From: a virus | Taxonomy: Duplodnaviria; Caudoviricetes | IMG/VR virus record: IMGVR_UViG_3300005573_000145 | Span: 1-43,892 of that record | DNA: 43,892 bases | Reading direction: 5' to 3' (one strand) | In this document: one piece after another, positions 1 through 8,845 of the stretch | Layout of the letters: every line of letters starts with the position of its first letter | Position numbering within the stretch: the stretch's first letter is position 1 | Position numbers and translations under genes: made by a program | The notes under the pieces: model-generated | The model's input: only the letters and a program-made list of their open reading frames with translations | The model's database searches: none | What the model was told of the DNA's origin: nothing

Positions 1-121
1 CCTGCCACTCCATTAGTAGAAGTCATATACCAAGTGTCTACATTAAATTCTATTGCTCCTGTTTCTTCTGTCGATAATAATGTTCCACTTGTGAATTTTA
101 GAGGAGCGGTGCCTGCTGAAG
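1..121. repeat. Terminal direct repeat, left copy (assembly overlap of a circular contig)
   Basis: 1..121 is identical to 43772..43892, and an ORF reads straight through the join. Confidence 0.97.
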
Positions 122-875
122 CTGTCCCAGCTTTTAAGTGTAATGCTGCTGTTGGTGGTATGGCTCCTATTCCAACATTTCCTACATTATTTATTACTCC
201 CAAACCTACACCTGAACTATTCCTCCATCTTAGTATATCAGCAGTTTGTCCGTTAGCGGCTTGTAATATCATATTAGGCATTTCTATTTTGATATTTCCT
301 ACGTAAATCAAAGCTGGAGTTTCCCAAGCTGCTCCTCCTACTCTTAAAGTTGCATATCCGCTACTATATCCTATGGCTACAGCATAATCGGAATATCTAT
401 TGATATGAAAGGCTGTGTTAACGCTGTCTATTCCTCCAGTTCCAGGCGTAAACTTTATCATTCTGTTATTACTTGTTGCCTCTAACCATAATTCTGGGCT
501 ACTATCTGATATATGTAACTTTGCTCCCGGAGTTGTTGTTCCTATTCCTACACGATTATTTATCGTATCTACGTTAAATACATTAGTTGTTCCGTCTGCT
601 CTGTTTATTTGCACTGCTGTTGTACTATTTATAGAAGGATAGATAACCCCTGTTTTTACTTTTCCAAAGGTTCCTATACCGTCAGTAGCTAAATTTTGAA
701 TACCTAAATTAACATCGCTAAATGCTCCTATATAAGGAACAAAAGTATTATTTGTTTGTGTCATAGTATAATAATTAGATTTCTCAGAATTCCAAATAGG
801 GTCGGTTTCTACTATACTTCCACCTACTTCGTAATAATCTAATTTCCCAGTTAAGGGATTGAATTTATAAGACAT
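1..875 (-). CDS. Fibre-like virion protein, 344 aa, 5' part; continues across the origin through 43771..43612
   Basis: Manual translation from ATG at 875: MSYKFNPLTGKLDYYEVG...RVGIGTTTPGAKLHI...GNVGIGAIPPTAALHL...; VGIG repeats typical of trimeric fibres; in frame with the track ORF 43612..43797. Confidence 0.85.
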   Translation of the reverse strand, partial: MSYKFNPLTGKLDYYEVGGSIVETDPIWNSEKSNYYTMTQTNNTFVPYIGAFSDVNLGIQNLATDGIGTFGKVKTGVIYPSINSTTAVQINRADGTTNVFNVDTINNRVGIGTTTPGAKLHISDSSPELWLEATSNNRMIKFTPGTGGIDSVNTAFHINRYSDYAVAIGYSSGYATLRVGGAAWETPALIYVGNIKIEMPNMILQAANGQTADILRWRNSSGVGLGVINNVGNVGIGAIPPTAALHLKAGTASAGTAPLKFTSGTLLSTEETGAIEFNVDTWYMTSTNGVA

Positions 876-876
876 T

Positions 877-1140
877 TTATGTTCTGGTTATTGTCTTTAC
901 ATTACCATCTTCATAGGTTATGCTTAATGTAGCAACAACAGTCCCAGAAGAGCCACCTTGTTTATAAACAATTTGTGTAGGGTTTCCCCCAGAATAAGTT
1001 AATTCTATATAATCATATCCCTCTGGAACAAGAGAATCAGCAGTTATTACAGGAGCATTTGCTCCGATAGTTTCTCCTTTATCATTAACTAAAACAAATG
1101 GATATGCCTTTGCATTTGAGCTCGGTAAAATATATGCCAT
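877..1140 (-). CDS. Small beta-rich virion protein of the fibre cassette
   Basis: YDYIELTYSGGNPTQIVYKQGGSSGTVVATLSITY resembles small structural proteins of uncultured phages; BRE-TATA ~22 nt upstream. Confidence 0.7.
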   Translation of the reverse strand: MAYILPSSNAKAYPFVLVNDKGETIGANAPVITADSLVPEGYDYIELTYSGGNPTQIVYKQGGSSGTVVATLSITYEDGNVKTITRT

Positions 1141-1160
1141 AATTCTAATATGTTATGCTT

Positions 1161-1176
1161 ATATTTAAATCTTTCT
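1161..1176 (-). promoter_or_regulatory. Archaeal BRE-TATA promoter for the fibre cassette
   Basis: AGAAAGATTTAAATAT on minus strand ~22 nt before ATG 1140, implying a leaderless mRNA. Confidence 0.8.
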
Positions 1177-1225
1177 ATTTTTCAGGTATCGGAAAATATT
1201 TAAACTAAAAAATCTATTTTATGTT

Positions 1226-1378
1226 ATGAAAATAAGAAAAGTTCAAGATAAAAGAATCTTAGCGAGGGTCTATTACAAACATGTGGTAACAATACCAAAA
1301 GAAATAGCTTTAAAATTTATAAACAAACAACTTAAATGTTACACAGAAAATAATAAAATTATAATAGAGCCTCTATAA
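1226..1378 (+). CDS. AbrB/MazE/SpoVT-family DNA-binding protein, 50 aa (not in ORF track)
   Basis: MKIRKVQDKRILARVYYKHVVTIPKEIALKFINKQLKCYTENNKIIIEPL shows the VTIPKEI...KIIIEP signature; GAAAATATTTAAA promoter at ~1192-1204. Confidence 0.75.
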   Translation: MKIRKVQDKRILARVYYKHVVTIPKEIALKFINKQLKCYTENNKIIIEPL

Positions 1379-3317
1379 ATTTGTCGATATCATAATAAGC
1401 AGAGCCAAGAGGTTTTTGAGGAACATAAGGCTCCATTAATTTAATCTTGTTTTCATTCATAACAACAACTTTAGGAGGGTTTATTTTTCTAAAACATAAA
1501 TCATAGAGTGGAATAAAAGAATCATGAGGACCTTCTTTTTCTCCCCATACAAAATGAACTTTGTCTTGTAATTCTTCTGGAAGCATTTTAGCAATTCTTA
1601 CTTCTATTGCTCTTTTTAAAAAATCATTTTTTGGCTCATCAAATCTTATAAGCAAGTCAATATCGTGAGGTTTATGTTCTTGAGTTACACTAGAACCAAT
1701 TAAGGAAATACAATCTTTGATTACTGTAAAGTCTTGTAGATTTTCTAAGAATTTCAAATCTCTCCATTCAGCCATAATTACAGATTCCCCAGAAACAATT
1801 CTATACAACTCTCGTGAATGAGGCTTCATTTTTTCTGGCTTAAATTCGTGTTTCATTTTGCCTTCTTTTACCCTTTTAACTATTTCTTGATAAATTAACT
1901 TTGCTAGATTAATTATCGTCTCTTTTGAAAATTTTATTCCTTTTCCTTCTGTTTCAATATAAGTAGAATACCATCCATTTACTATTCTCCAATCATCAGC
2001 TAATTGGGCATTATTTACTTTGGTTGGGTCATAAGTTTCTATTTTTTGAATTAGTTTTATTACCTCTTTGCTGGGAAGTTTTACTTCAATTTTGCCTTTC
2101 TTTTTTCTACCCCAAATCCAAATTGGTTGTAATCCAAATCCTGTAGTTTCTCCTCCTCCTACATCTCCACTTCCTGTTTCCTCTAAGTCTTCTGACAAAA
2201 ATTTTGTAGATTCAACAAAAGTTTGCACTCCTTTTGGCAATTCTATTGGCTTTGGTTCTTCAAAAGTAGAAAGAATGTCAAACTCATAAGCATAAAACTC
2301 ATTTGCTCCATTCCACCATTTTATTCTTTCTTCATCTGTTATTTTATGTTCTTGCTTTAGCATTCCAAATTCTTTAAGAGAAATCTTTTTTGGCTTTTTT
2401 AATCTAAGAATTCCATAAGCATATTTATCGTCCATATAAAATAATGGTTTTCCAACCATATTTGGATATTCTTTTTCTTTAATTATTAGCTTCTTTTCTC
2501 CTTCTCTTATTAATCTAGCATGAGGTTCTGGAAGATATATTCCTTCATCTAATTTAACATCATCTCTTAGTTCGTTAGCATTAAATCTCATACCATCATA
2601 TGAAAGATAGATATTTGTTTCAGTGTCTCCTTTAATAGAATCCCAAAATTTTTTTATTTCAACTAAAGCTTCTGATTGATTTGGATAAGTCCTGCCTGCT
2701 TGTATTATTATTAAATTGTTTGGCTGAAATTTTTTGGCAAGCAATAAAGTTTTATCAATAGATAAATGTCCTCTAATTTGCTTTCCAAACCACATAGTTC
2801 CATCAGCAATTATAGTATCGGCATTTTTAAAATATTTAATAGATTTTTCTGGAATTGCTTCCATATCTTCTGCATAAACAACATTATTTATTCTATAGCC
2901 ATAAGTTGGAAATTTCTTTCCGAGAGTAGGATGATATTCATAATGAATAACTCTAAAAGGAGTTATATTATAATCACCTATCTCAATTTCTTCATAAGGC
3001 TTTAAATTAACTATATTTAAATTTTTGAATTCTTTTGAAAATCTAAAAACATTTACTCCTTCTGGAACATATACATTAATCTTTTTCCCTATCCATTTGT
3101 CTAAATCTTCTAATCCTCCTATTGCATCTTTATGAGCATGAGTAAGAAATACTGAATCAATTTCATCTGGATTAATTTCTAAATCTTTTACTTGCTCTAA
3201 AAACATAGGAGTGATATCTATTAAAAATCCATCAATTAAGACTGAAGAATTACTCCTTTTCTCCTTTTCCCTTATTATTGGTTTCGTTGGACCCGTTCCC
3301 AGAAATAATATCTGCAT
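1359..3317 (-). CDS. Multi-domain protein: MBL-fold hydrolase, ASCH/PUA-like domain, MCP-like peptide, helical domain, Pol-beta-like nucleotidyltransferase, ligase-like C-terminal stub
   Basis: FLGTG...THAHKDAIGGL...YAED...ADGT...GHLS (PhnP/RNase Z-like MBL); GIYLPEPHARLIREGEKKLII...YAYEF (ASCH-like); LIGSS...DIDLLI (GS/DxD NTase); GGAGG SD. Confidence 0.8.
   Translation of the reverse strand: MQILFLGTGPTKPIIREKEKRSNSSVLIDGFLIDITPMFLEQVKDLEINPDEIDSVFLTHAHKDAIGGLEDLDKWIGKKINVYVPEGVNVFRFSKEFKNLNIVNLKPYEEIEIGDYNITPFRVIHYEYHPTLGKKFPTYGYRINNVVYAEDMEAIPEKSIKYFKNADTIIADGTMWFGKQIRGHLSIDKTLLLAKKFQPNNLIIIQAGRTYPNQSEALVEIKKFWDSIKGDTETNIYLSYDGMRFNANELRDDVKLDEGIYLPEPHARLIREGEKKLIIKEKEYPNMVGKPLFYMDDKYAYGILRLKKPKKISLKEFGMLKQEHKITDEERIKWWNGANEFYAYEFDILSTFEEPKPIELPKGVQTFVESTKFLSEDLEETGSGDVGGGETTGFGLQPIWIWGRKKKGKIEVKLPSKEVIKLIQKIETYDPTKVNNAQLADDWRIVNGWYSTYIETEGKGIKFSKETIINLAKLIYQEIVKRVKEGKMKHEFKPEKMKPHSRELYRIVSGESVIMAEWRDLKFLENLQDFTVIKDCISLIGSSVTQEHKPHDIDLLIRFDEPKNDFLKRAIEVRIAKMLPEELQDKVHFVWGEKEGPHDSFIPLYDLCFRKINPPKVVVMNENKIKLMEPYVPQKPLGSAYYDIDKFIEALL
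1375..1384. repeat. 10-bp direct repeat ATAAATTTGT at one fibre-cassette boundary
   Basis: Same 10-mer at 40395..40404; both lie over the codons for (D/N)KFI in the same codon phase of the flanking enzyme genes. Confidence 0.55.
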
Positions 3318-4572
3318 TTAACCCTCCCAAGCCTTCTGATTTAATTGCATAGGATTTAATTTCAGTTGGGGTTAATACTCCTTTTTCTATATAACTAATT
3401 AATCTTTTGGCTTTATCATTAATTTCTTCAGCTCCAATATCTCCCCATTTTATTTCAGCTGGTTTAAATTTATTAACCTGACATATACGATTGATTATAT
3501 ATTTTTTAATAGTAGATAATGTTCTATATACTATATCATTTAAAGTAAATTCTAAAAATACCTGCTGATTGTTTAATGTTGCTCTATTTGTTGCTTCTCC
3601 ACTACCAGTAGCAAAGGCTGCAGGCATTCCAAGAGAAGCTGTTTCATTTATTCTAAGATATTCTAAAGTATTTTGCACAATTTCTGACTGCTTAACTTCT
3701 ATTGGCTCTACTTTATACCAATAAGGAGCAGCCGTGCCTCTATCATACCTTATTTTTGTAACTAAATCAAGAGCTTCTTTCATAGATTGAGGAGTAGGAT
3801 GATGCTTTTCATCTCCAACATATGCAATTAAAGGATATAATCCTCTTGAATCAATAGAAACAGATTGAGCTTCTTCTATATTATGTTTGTATAGAATAGA
3901 TTTATAAGCTGGTTCAATTAATCCTAATCCATAAAATCTATCACCATAAGTATAAAGTTTAAAATGGCATATTCTTTCAGGAAGTAAAAATATCTTATCA
4001 GAACCAAGATTAATGTCATAACCTTTAGGAACTGGGTCTGACTTTCCTTCAGTAGAATAACCAAATGGAACAGTTAAAACATAGCCAATGGGCTTGCCAT
4101 ATTTATCAAGAACAATATTTCCTGTGCTATCCTTTGCATAATCCATTTTCTTTGGGTCAATTAACACTAAATCAACAATCCTATCCATTCTTTTATTATA
4201 AACTAATTCAATATATGCATTACCATAAATCATTTGATACTTATAAATCGCTTCTAAAATTTCATCAAAAGTAACATCTTCTCCTACTTTTCCAATAGAA
4301 TCAAAGAACTTTTTAAATTCCTCTTTTCCTTCTCCGATTATTTCGTACCCAGCAGATAATATCATTTGAGTTGCTTTATTTATAGAATTAAAGCAAATAG
4401 GGTCATTAATATAACACAACTCAAGTTCTTCAAGGCTTACTCTTGGAACTTTAGGAGTAGTTTTAGTAGTCTTTGGAGAGGGAATTGGCTCTTTAGATTC
4501 TTCTGCAAGAATATATGAAACTTGCTTTTCTTCTTTCTTAAAAAGATTTTTTACAAAGTCAAATATAGCCAT
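3250..4572 (-). CDS. Portal protein
   Basis: YGNAYIELV, LIDPKKM, ERICHFK, YGLGLIEPA, LGMP...NRAT, GVLTPTEI motifs; downstream of TerL; ATG 4572 preferred over GTG 4593. Confidence 0.9.
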   Translation of the reverse strand: MAIFDFVKNLFKKEEKQVSYILAEESKEPIPSPKTTKTTPKVPRVSLEELELCYINDPICFNSINKATQMILSAGYEIIGEGKEEFKKFFDSIGKVGEDVTFDEILEAIYKYQMIYGNAYIELVYNKRMDRIVDLVLIDPKKMDYAKDSTGNIVLDKYGKPIGYVLTVPFGYSTEGKSDPVPKGYDINLGSDKIFLLPERICHFKLYTYGDRFYGLGLIEPAYKSILYKHNIEEAQSVSIDSRGLYPLIAYVGDEKHHPTPQSMKEALDLVTKIRYDRGTAAPYWYKVEPIEVKQSEIVQNTLEYLRINETASLGMPAAFATGSGEATNRATLNNQQVFLEFTLNDIVYRTLSTIKKYIINRICQVNKFKPAEIKWGDIGAEEINDKAKRLISYIEKGVLTPTEIKSYAIKSEGLGGLNADIISGNGSNETNNKGKGEKE

Positions 4573-4620
4573 TTTTAAAGGGACGAAGCTCACCTTTACA
4601 AGTTTTATAAAGATATGCTT

Positions 4621-4636
4621 ATATTTAAATCTTTCT
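4621..4636 (-). promoter_or_regulatory. BRE-TATA promoter for the portal operon
   Basis: AGAAAGATTTAAATAT, identical to the copy at 1161..1176. Confidence 0.8.
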
Positions 4637-5477
4637 AATTATAAATTGTGGGTTTAGTTTTGATAATTGGCTTTTTTGTTCCAAGATAATATTGTTTTGT
4701 TTTTTTTTCTCCTTCATAGTTTATTTTGCTGCAAATTTCCCATAAACTGCAATATTCAGAATTTTTTTGACAAGATTCACAAGGCTTAGTCTTTGACAAA
4801 TCATAAATTCCTCTCTTATAAAATTTTCTTCTAAAATTTGCTCTGTTAATTGTATCAAATATAAAATTTCTAATAGTGCTATCAAGAATTAAATTATCTT
4901 CCATAAATTTATAGGATAGACTATCATTAGGCAATTCTAAAATTATTTCAATATTGAGATTAAAAAATTTAGGATATAATTTAATTGGAACAAGCTTGTT
5001 TTTCTTTTTTCCTTTTTTAGTATAGTATAACATACAATTTATGTCAGAAAAAATCAATCCATAACAAGCCATTTGAACATAATGCTTTTTATTCCAAGAA
5101 GACTTTATTTCTTTGATTTTTACATTAATAGCATTATTTTTTTCATATTGCAAAGTTAATGTATCTATTATTCCTCTCAAACCATAACTTGGCGAACATA
5201 CTGGAACTTCTTTTAAGATAATTTCTTTTCCTAAAATAAAATCTTTTTTAAAGTTTTGAATTCCATATTCATCTAGAGTTTTAATTCCACTTTGTTTTAA
5301 TTCATGGTATTTTTTTCCTTCAGTCATTTGTTTTGTTTCTTTTTGTCTATACCCTAGTATTTTTAGAAAGAATTTTCTAACATCGGAAGCTATTGAAGTC
5401 GCACTTATGCAATCAAATTTTCTAGAACATTCATTACATTTGCTTCCAAAATAAGCTATTGTTGTTTTTTTAATCAT
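4635..5477 (-). CDS. Cas4-like PD-(D/E)XK nuclease
   Basis: GKKYHE, LRGIIDTL, EIKS, QMACY motifs and a C-terminal Cys cluster (PCESC...C...C). Confidence 0.8.
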   Translation of the reverse strand: MIKKTTIAYFGSKCNECSRKFDCISATSIASDVRKFFLKILGYRQKETKQMTEGKKYHELKQSGIKTLDEYGIQNFKKDFILGKEIILKEVPVCSPSYGLRGIIDTLTLQYEKNNAINVKIKEIKSSWNKKHYVQMACYGLIFSDINCMLYYTKKGKKKNKLVPIKLYPKFFNLNIEIILELPNDSLSYKFMEDNLILDSTIRNFIFDTINRANFRRKFYKRGIYDLSKTKPCESCQKNSEYCSLWEICSKINYEGEKKTKQYYLGTKKPIIKTKPTIYN

Positions 5478-5901
5478 AAATTAAGTCATTTGTTAGTTTA
5501 ATTATTCCTCCCTTTCCGAAGTATGCTATATAGCCTTTTGCTTCAAGTATTTTGAGAGGATAGTAAAGATAAGGAAAATAATACTTTGCTCTGTTCTTTC
5601 CTCCGTTAAATGCTTCCATAAAAGTCTCTAAAGGCAATCCTTCTTTTTCATGAAATTTATAATATTCAAGCAATTTTCTAACAAGATACTTATATTTATA
5701 TTCTTCTCTATAAGCACAATTTGAATTTATTATTTTCCATAAAACTCTAACATTTTCTTTTGGAATTAAGTGTTCATTTTCATAGATTTCTCCTGTTTCC
5801 TTATTTTTTCTATGCTCAATTAGCCTGTAATATTCTGCTCTCTCAAATAAAGAAATTTCATCTTTACCTTTCCATCCTTTTATATGAATTTCTTCTACCA
5901 T
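5470..5901 (-). CDS. Hypothetical protein, possibly winged-helix
   Basis: Coupled ORF between TerL and the nuclease; C-terminal LKILEAKGYI...GGIIKL. Confidence 0.6.
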   Translation of the reverse strand: MVEEIHIKGWKGKDEISLFERAEYYRLIEHRKNKETGEIYENEHLIPKENVRVLWKIINSNCAYREEYKYKYLVRKLLEYYKFHEKEGLPLETFMEAFNGGKNRAKYYFPYLYYPLKILEAKGYIAYFGKGGIIKLTNDLIYD

Positions 5902-7295
5902 GACTCTATTAAACTAGCAGATTTAACTTCAGCGGCTTCTTTTACTGCCATAGCTAAAGCCATAGCAATATCATCATGAGAAGCTGTGGAAACTATTTGT
6001 TTAGTCTGAGTAAGTTTTGATTTTTCTTCCTTAAATCCAACAAGTTGCTCTACTAATGTATTTGTAACTGGAATAGCTGTTTCGCTGTTTGGGCTTCTGG
6101 GAATAATAAGCTTTTTTGAATCTATAACATTTTTAAGAGTCATAAGAAGGTCTTTTCTTGCTTTTGATTGAAATGATTGAGCCACAACTGGCAAAGCCTT
6201 TGCTCTAAGTTCATCAATTAATGTGCTTCCTAAATTTGATTCATCTACTACTATACTTATTGGCTTATAGATTTTGTTTAATTCACATATTCTTTCAATC
6301 TTGGCTGGTGCAATTAATCCTTTGTATGTTTCTATTTTTTTTATTACAAAAAAATTATTAATTTTCTCAATAACAACATATGCATCGTAGTCTGCTTTTT
6401 CACCTGAACTTATAGCAAAGTCGCATCCAATAAAAGTAGGTCCTTCATAAGATTCAGAAAAATCTCTATCTTTATCGAAACCTTCCATTAAATTAGCAAT
6501 AGAAAATATGGCTCCTTCTGGCTCTGCTTTTGGATTGCACATAAAATTCTTTTCAAAAAATTGTTCTCCTTGCTCTTTTTTTAACTGCATAAGCTTTTCA
6601 TAACTAAATCTTTGCTCCCAAATAGACTTTCCATTAACTATCGCAGGATATGTTTTAATTACATAATCTAAATTTCTGTCTTCAATCTGGCTAAGCAAAT
6701 CCGTAGTTGATTCTGGAGTTGAAATCAAGCAAATTTTTCCGTCTGGATTTAGTCTTGGAATAATATAATCAAAATATATATCTGGTCTATCATAACTTGC
6801 TGCTTCATCCATTAAGATATAATCTACTCTTTCTCCTTTTATATTAATTGAATATGGTCTGCAGAAAATTCTGCATCCAGAAGTTGTTTTAATTGTTTGT
6901 TTGCTCCAAGTTTCCGTGAAATTCTTCGGCTTCAAATCAAGAAGAAGCTCGTTATCTTCAATAGTTGCTTTAATTATTTCAAGAATTCTAGTAGACTGTG
7001 GAAGGGATTTAGAAATAATTAAAATCTGCTTGTTTCTGTAAGTAAATGCTAACCAAATAGGATAAGCCACAGCTAGAATTGTAGTTTTTCCAAAGCCACT
7101 TGGAGCTTTAATAGCAACTCTATTATTATTTTGAATTAACTTAAACCATTCTACATGAAAATCTTGTAATCCCCCTGATTCTTTTGGAAACAAATCATAA
7201 AGCACTCTTTCACAAAAGAACTTAAAATCAATCCTGCATCTGAATAAAAAATCTGTAATTTCATAATCACCCAATATATCTTGTAAAGTCCTCAT
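5895..7295 (-). CDS. terL: Terminase large subunit
   Basis: Walker A APSGFGKTT, Walker B ILMDEAA, ISTP coupling motif, nuclease motifs GCDFA and HDDIAMALA. Confidence 0.95.
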   Translation of the reverse strand: MRTLQDILGDYEITDFLFRCRIDFKFFCERVLYDLFPKESGGLQDFHVEWFKLIQNNNRVAIKAPSGFGKTTILAVAYPIWLAFTYRNKQILIISKSLPQSTRILEIIKATIEDNELLLDLKPKNFTETWSKQTIKTTSGCRIFCRPYSINIKGERVDYILMDEAASYDRPDIYFDYIIPRLNPDGKICLISTPESTTDLLSQIEDRNLDYVIKTYPAIVNGKSIWEQRFSYEKLMQLKKEQGEQFFEKNFMCNPKAEPEGAIFSIANLMEGFDKDRDFSESYEGPTFIGCDFAISSGEKADYDAYVVIEKINNFFVIKKIETYKGLIAPAKIERICELNKIYKPISIVVDESNLGSTLIDELRAKALPVVAQSFQSKARKDLLMTLKNVIDSKKLIIPRSPNSETAIPVTNTLVEQLVGFKEEKSKLTQTKQIVSTASHDDIAMALAMAVKEAAEVKSASLIESW

Positions 7296-7686
7296 TTTTT
7301 AATTTATTTTCAATTTTTTTATCTATGTTTATTTCATAAAAATTAAGCTTTTTTCTTTCTCTATATGCAACTAAAAATGCAGTTATTTTATTTTTCCTAA
7401 GCATTTCTATTGCTTTTTCTTTTTCTTCTTTAGTTAAGTATTTGTTTACTTTGCATTCAACAGCGAATATTATAAACGGAACAAACTTTTTCAAGTATTC
7501 TTTTCCTTCTCTTCTAAGAGTTATGTCAAAAATAAATGGATTATTATTATCGTCTACTATATGATTCCAAGCTATTATATCTGGAAAAGCACTTTTCGGC
7601 TGAACTACAGCACTAAAGCCTTTGCTATTAAGATATTTTATAACTCTTCTTTGAAAATTATATCCTTTTCTATAATTTTTATTCAT
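7267..7686 (-). CDS. hjc: Archaeal-type Holliday junction resolvase
   Basis: YRKGYNFQRRV...KGF...PDIIAW...AVECK. Confidence 0.8.
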   Translation of the reverse strand: MNKNYRKGYNFQRRVIKYLNSKGFSAVVQPKSAFPDIIAWNHIVDDNNNPFIFDITLRREGKEYLKKFVPFIIFAVECKVNKYLTKEEKEKAIEMLRKNKITAFLVAYRERKKLNFYEINIDKKIENKLKNEDFTRYIG

Positions 7687-8249
7687 AATCTAAAAAAATT
7701 GATTAATTTACTTATTATACCACTTATTATACCTTTTGGTTTTTGTTTTTCTTGTTTTTCTGGTTTTTGTTTTTCTTGTTTTTCTTTTTTTGGCTTGCTT
7801 TCATTTTTCTCTGTTTTCTTATAATATTTTGAAAGATATTTTTCATAACTTAAATTATTATAACCTGCTTCATAATAAGTATAATCATAAAGTAAATTCT
7901 TATCATAAAAGATTATTTCCATTATTTTTCCCCCATCAATATAATCCCAAACTCCGCCATAACATTCTTCTCCAAGAGTTAAATTAACAAAAGTATAATT
8001 TGGATAGTCTATCTCATCTTTTGGTCTAATGTCTTCTCTTTTCATCTTTTCAAAAAGCAATTTCGCATTTTCATTAGAATAAGCCTCATATATTGTAATA
8101 GAATACTTTTCATATTTAGGATAGAAACTTGTATAATCTGGAAAATAGCCATAATCTCCAGTTACTTTTTTGAATCCCCAAAGTACTTCTCCATTAATCG
8201 TGGAAATTAATAAGATTAATAAAATGAATGCTGCTGTTGTTTTTTGCAT
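7683..8249 (-). CDS. Secreted or membrane-anchored hypothetical protein
   Basis: N-terminal hydrophobic signal; KQEKQKP repeats; amphipathic C-terminus. Confidence 0.7.
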   Translation of the reverse strand: MQKTTAAFILLILLISTINGEVLWGFKKVTGDYGYFPDYTSFYPKYEKYSITIYEAYSNENAKLLFEKMKREDIRPKDEIDYPNYTFVNLTLGEECYGGVWDYIDGGKIMEIIFYDKNLLYDYTYYEAGYNNLSYEKYLSKYYKKTEKNESKPKKEKQEKQKPEKQEKQKPKGIISGIISKLINFFRL

Positions 8250-8476
8250 CTTAAGTAGTTATCTATGTATAAATTTATAATTCTATCATCAACTCCTTTA
8301 ACTATCATTTCAGCAACATGTTTCCACATCTCATTTTTTAGCATTTCTTTTACAACTGCTAAACCATCTTTTGTTAAATGATAAACCATATCATCAAGTT
8401 TTTTGTCAAACTTCTCAGTAATAAGTTTCTTTGAAATAAGCGAATCTATTATTCTAATGTCCTCCATATTTTTCAC
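8216..8476 (-). CDS. Small winged-helix-like protein
   Basis: LISKKLI...YHLTKDG pattern. Confidence 0.55.
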   Translation of the reverse strand: MKNMEDIRIIDSLISKKLITEKFDKKLDDMVYHLTKDGLAVVKEMLKNEMWKHVAEMIVKGVDDRIINLYIDNYLRCKKQQQHSFY

Positions 8477-8636
8477 TTAGTTTTTTATTTAATTCTTCAA
8501 GTCTATTTAGAGTTTCATCTGAAATTGGATTTCCAAGCAATTTTATTTCCCAATTATATCCTTTAGACATTTTACTAAGCTTTATGCTTTCCTTTTGTTC
8601 TATTATTGGAATATCTTCGTTTTCAAACTGTACCAT
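8454..8636 (-). CDS. Hypothetical protein
   Basis: Coupled ORF with GAGG SD. Confidence 0.6.
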   Translation of the reverse strand: MVQFENEDIPIIEQKESIKLSKMSKGYNWEIKLLGNPISDETLNRLEELNKKLSEKYGGH

Positions 8637-8845
8637 TATATTTTTACCTCCTCTTCAGGGATAAGGATTATATAGAATTTCTTTCCAATAAATCTTTTTG
8701 GAACGAATACTGCTCCAGATGAATTACTTGCTTTCTTTACTGTTCTATGAGCAGAAAAACCATTAAAAATAAATTGCTTAAAGTTTCTAATTACTTCCAA
8801 TACTAGATTTACTTCTTTTTCAGTCATTTCTCTCATTTTCATCAC
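8636..8845 (-). CDS. DUF2080-like (AbrB-related) small protein
   Basis: RTVKKASNSSGAVFVPKRFIGKKFYIILI. Confidence 0.7.
   Translation of the reverse strand: MMKMREMTEKEVNLVLEVIRNFKQFIFNGFSAHRTVKKASNSSGAVFVPKRFIGKKFYIILIPEEEVKI

Noticed and set aside
1-121. Terminal repeat as a biological direct terminal repeat of the virion DNA
   Set aside because: Exact 121-bp overlap in the middle of an ORF; best explained as the assembler's circular overlap
34-642. Plus-strand track ORFs 34..306 and 415..642, and the many similar antisense ORFs elsewhere
   Set aside because: Shadows of real genes on the opposite strand, without SD, promoter or motifs
4635-5477. Cas4-like gene as part of a CRISPR-Cas locus
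   Set aside because: No cas1/cas2 or array found; solo Cas4-like nucleases are common in archaeal viruses
7737-7795. 24-bp tandem repeat
   Set aside because: Encodes a low-complexity KQEKQKP linker
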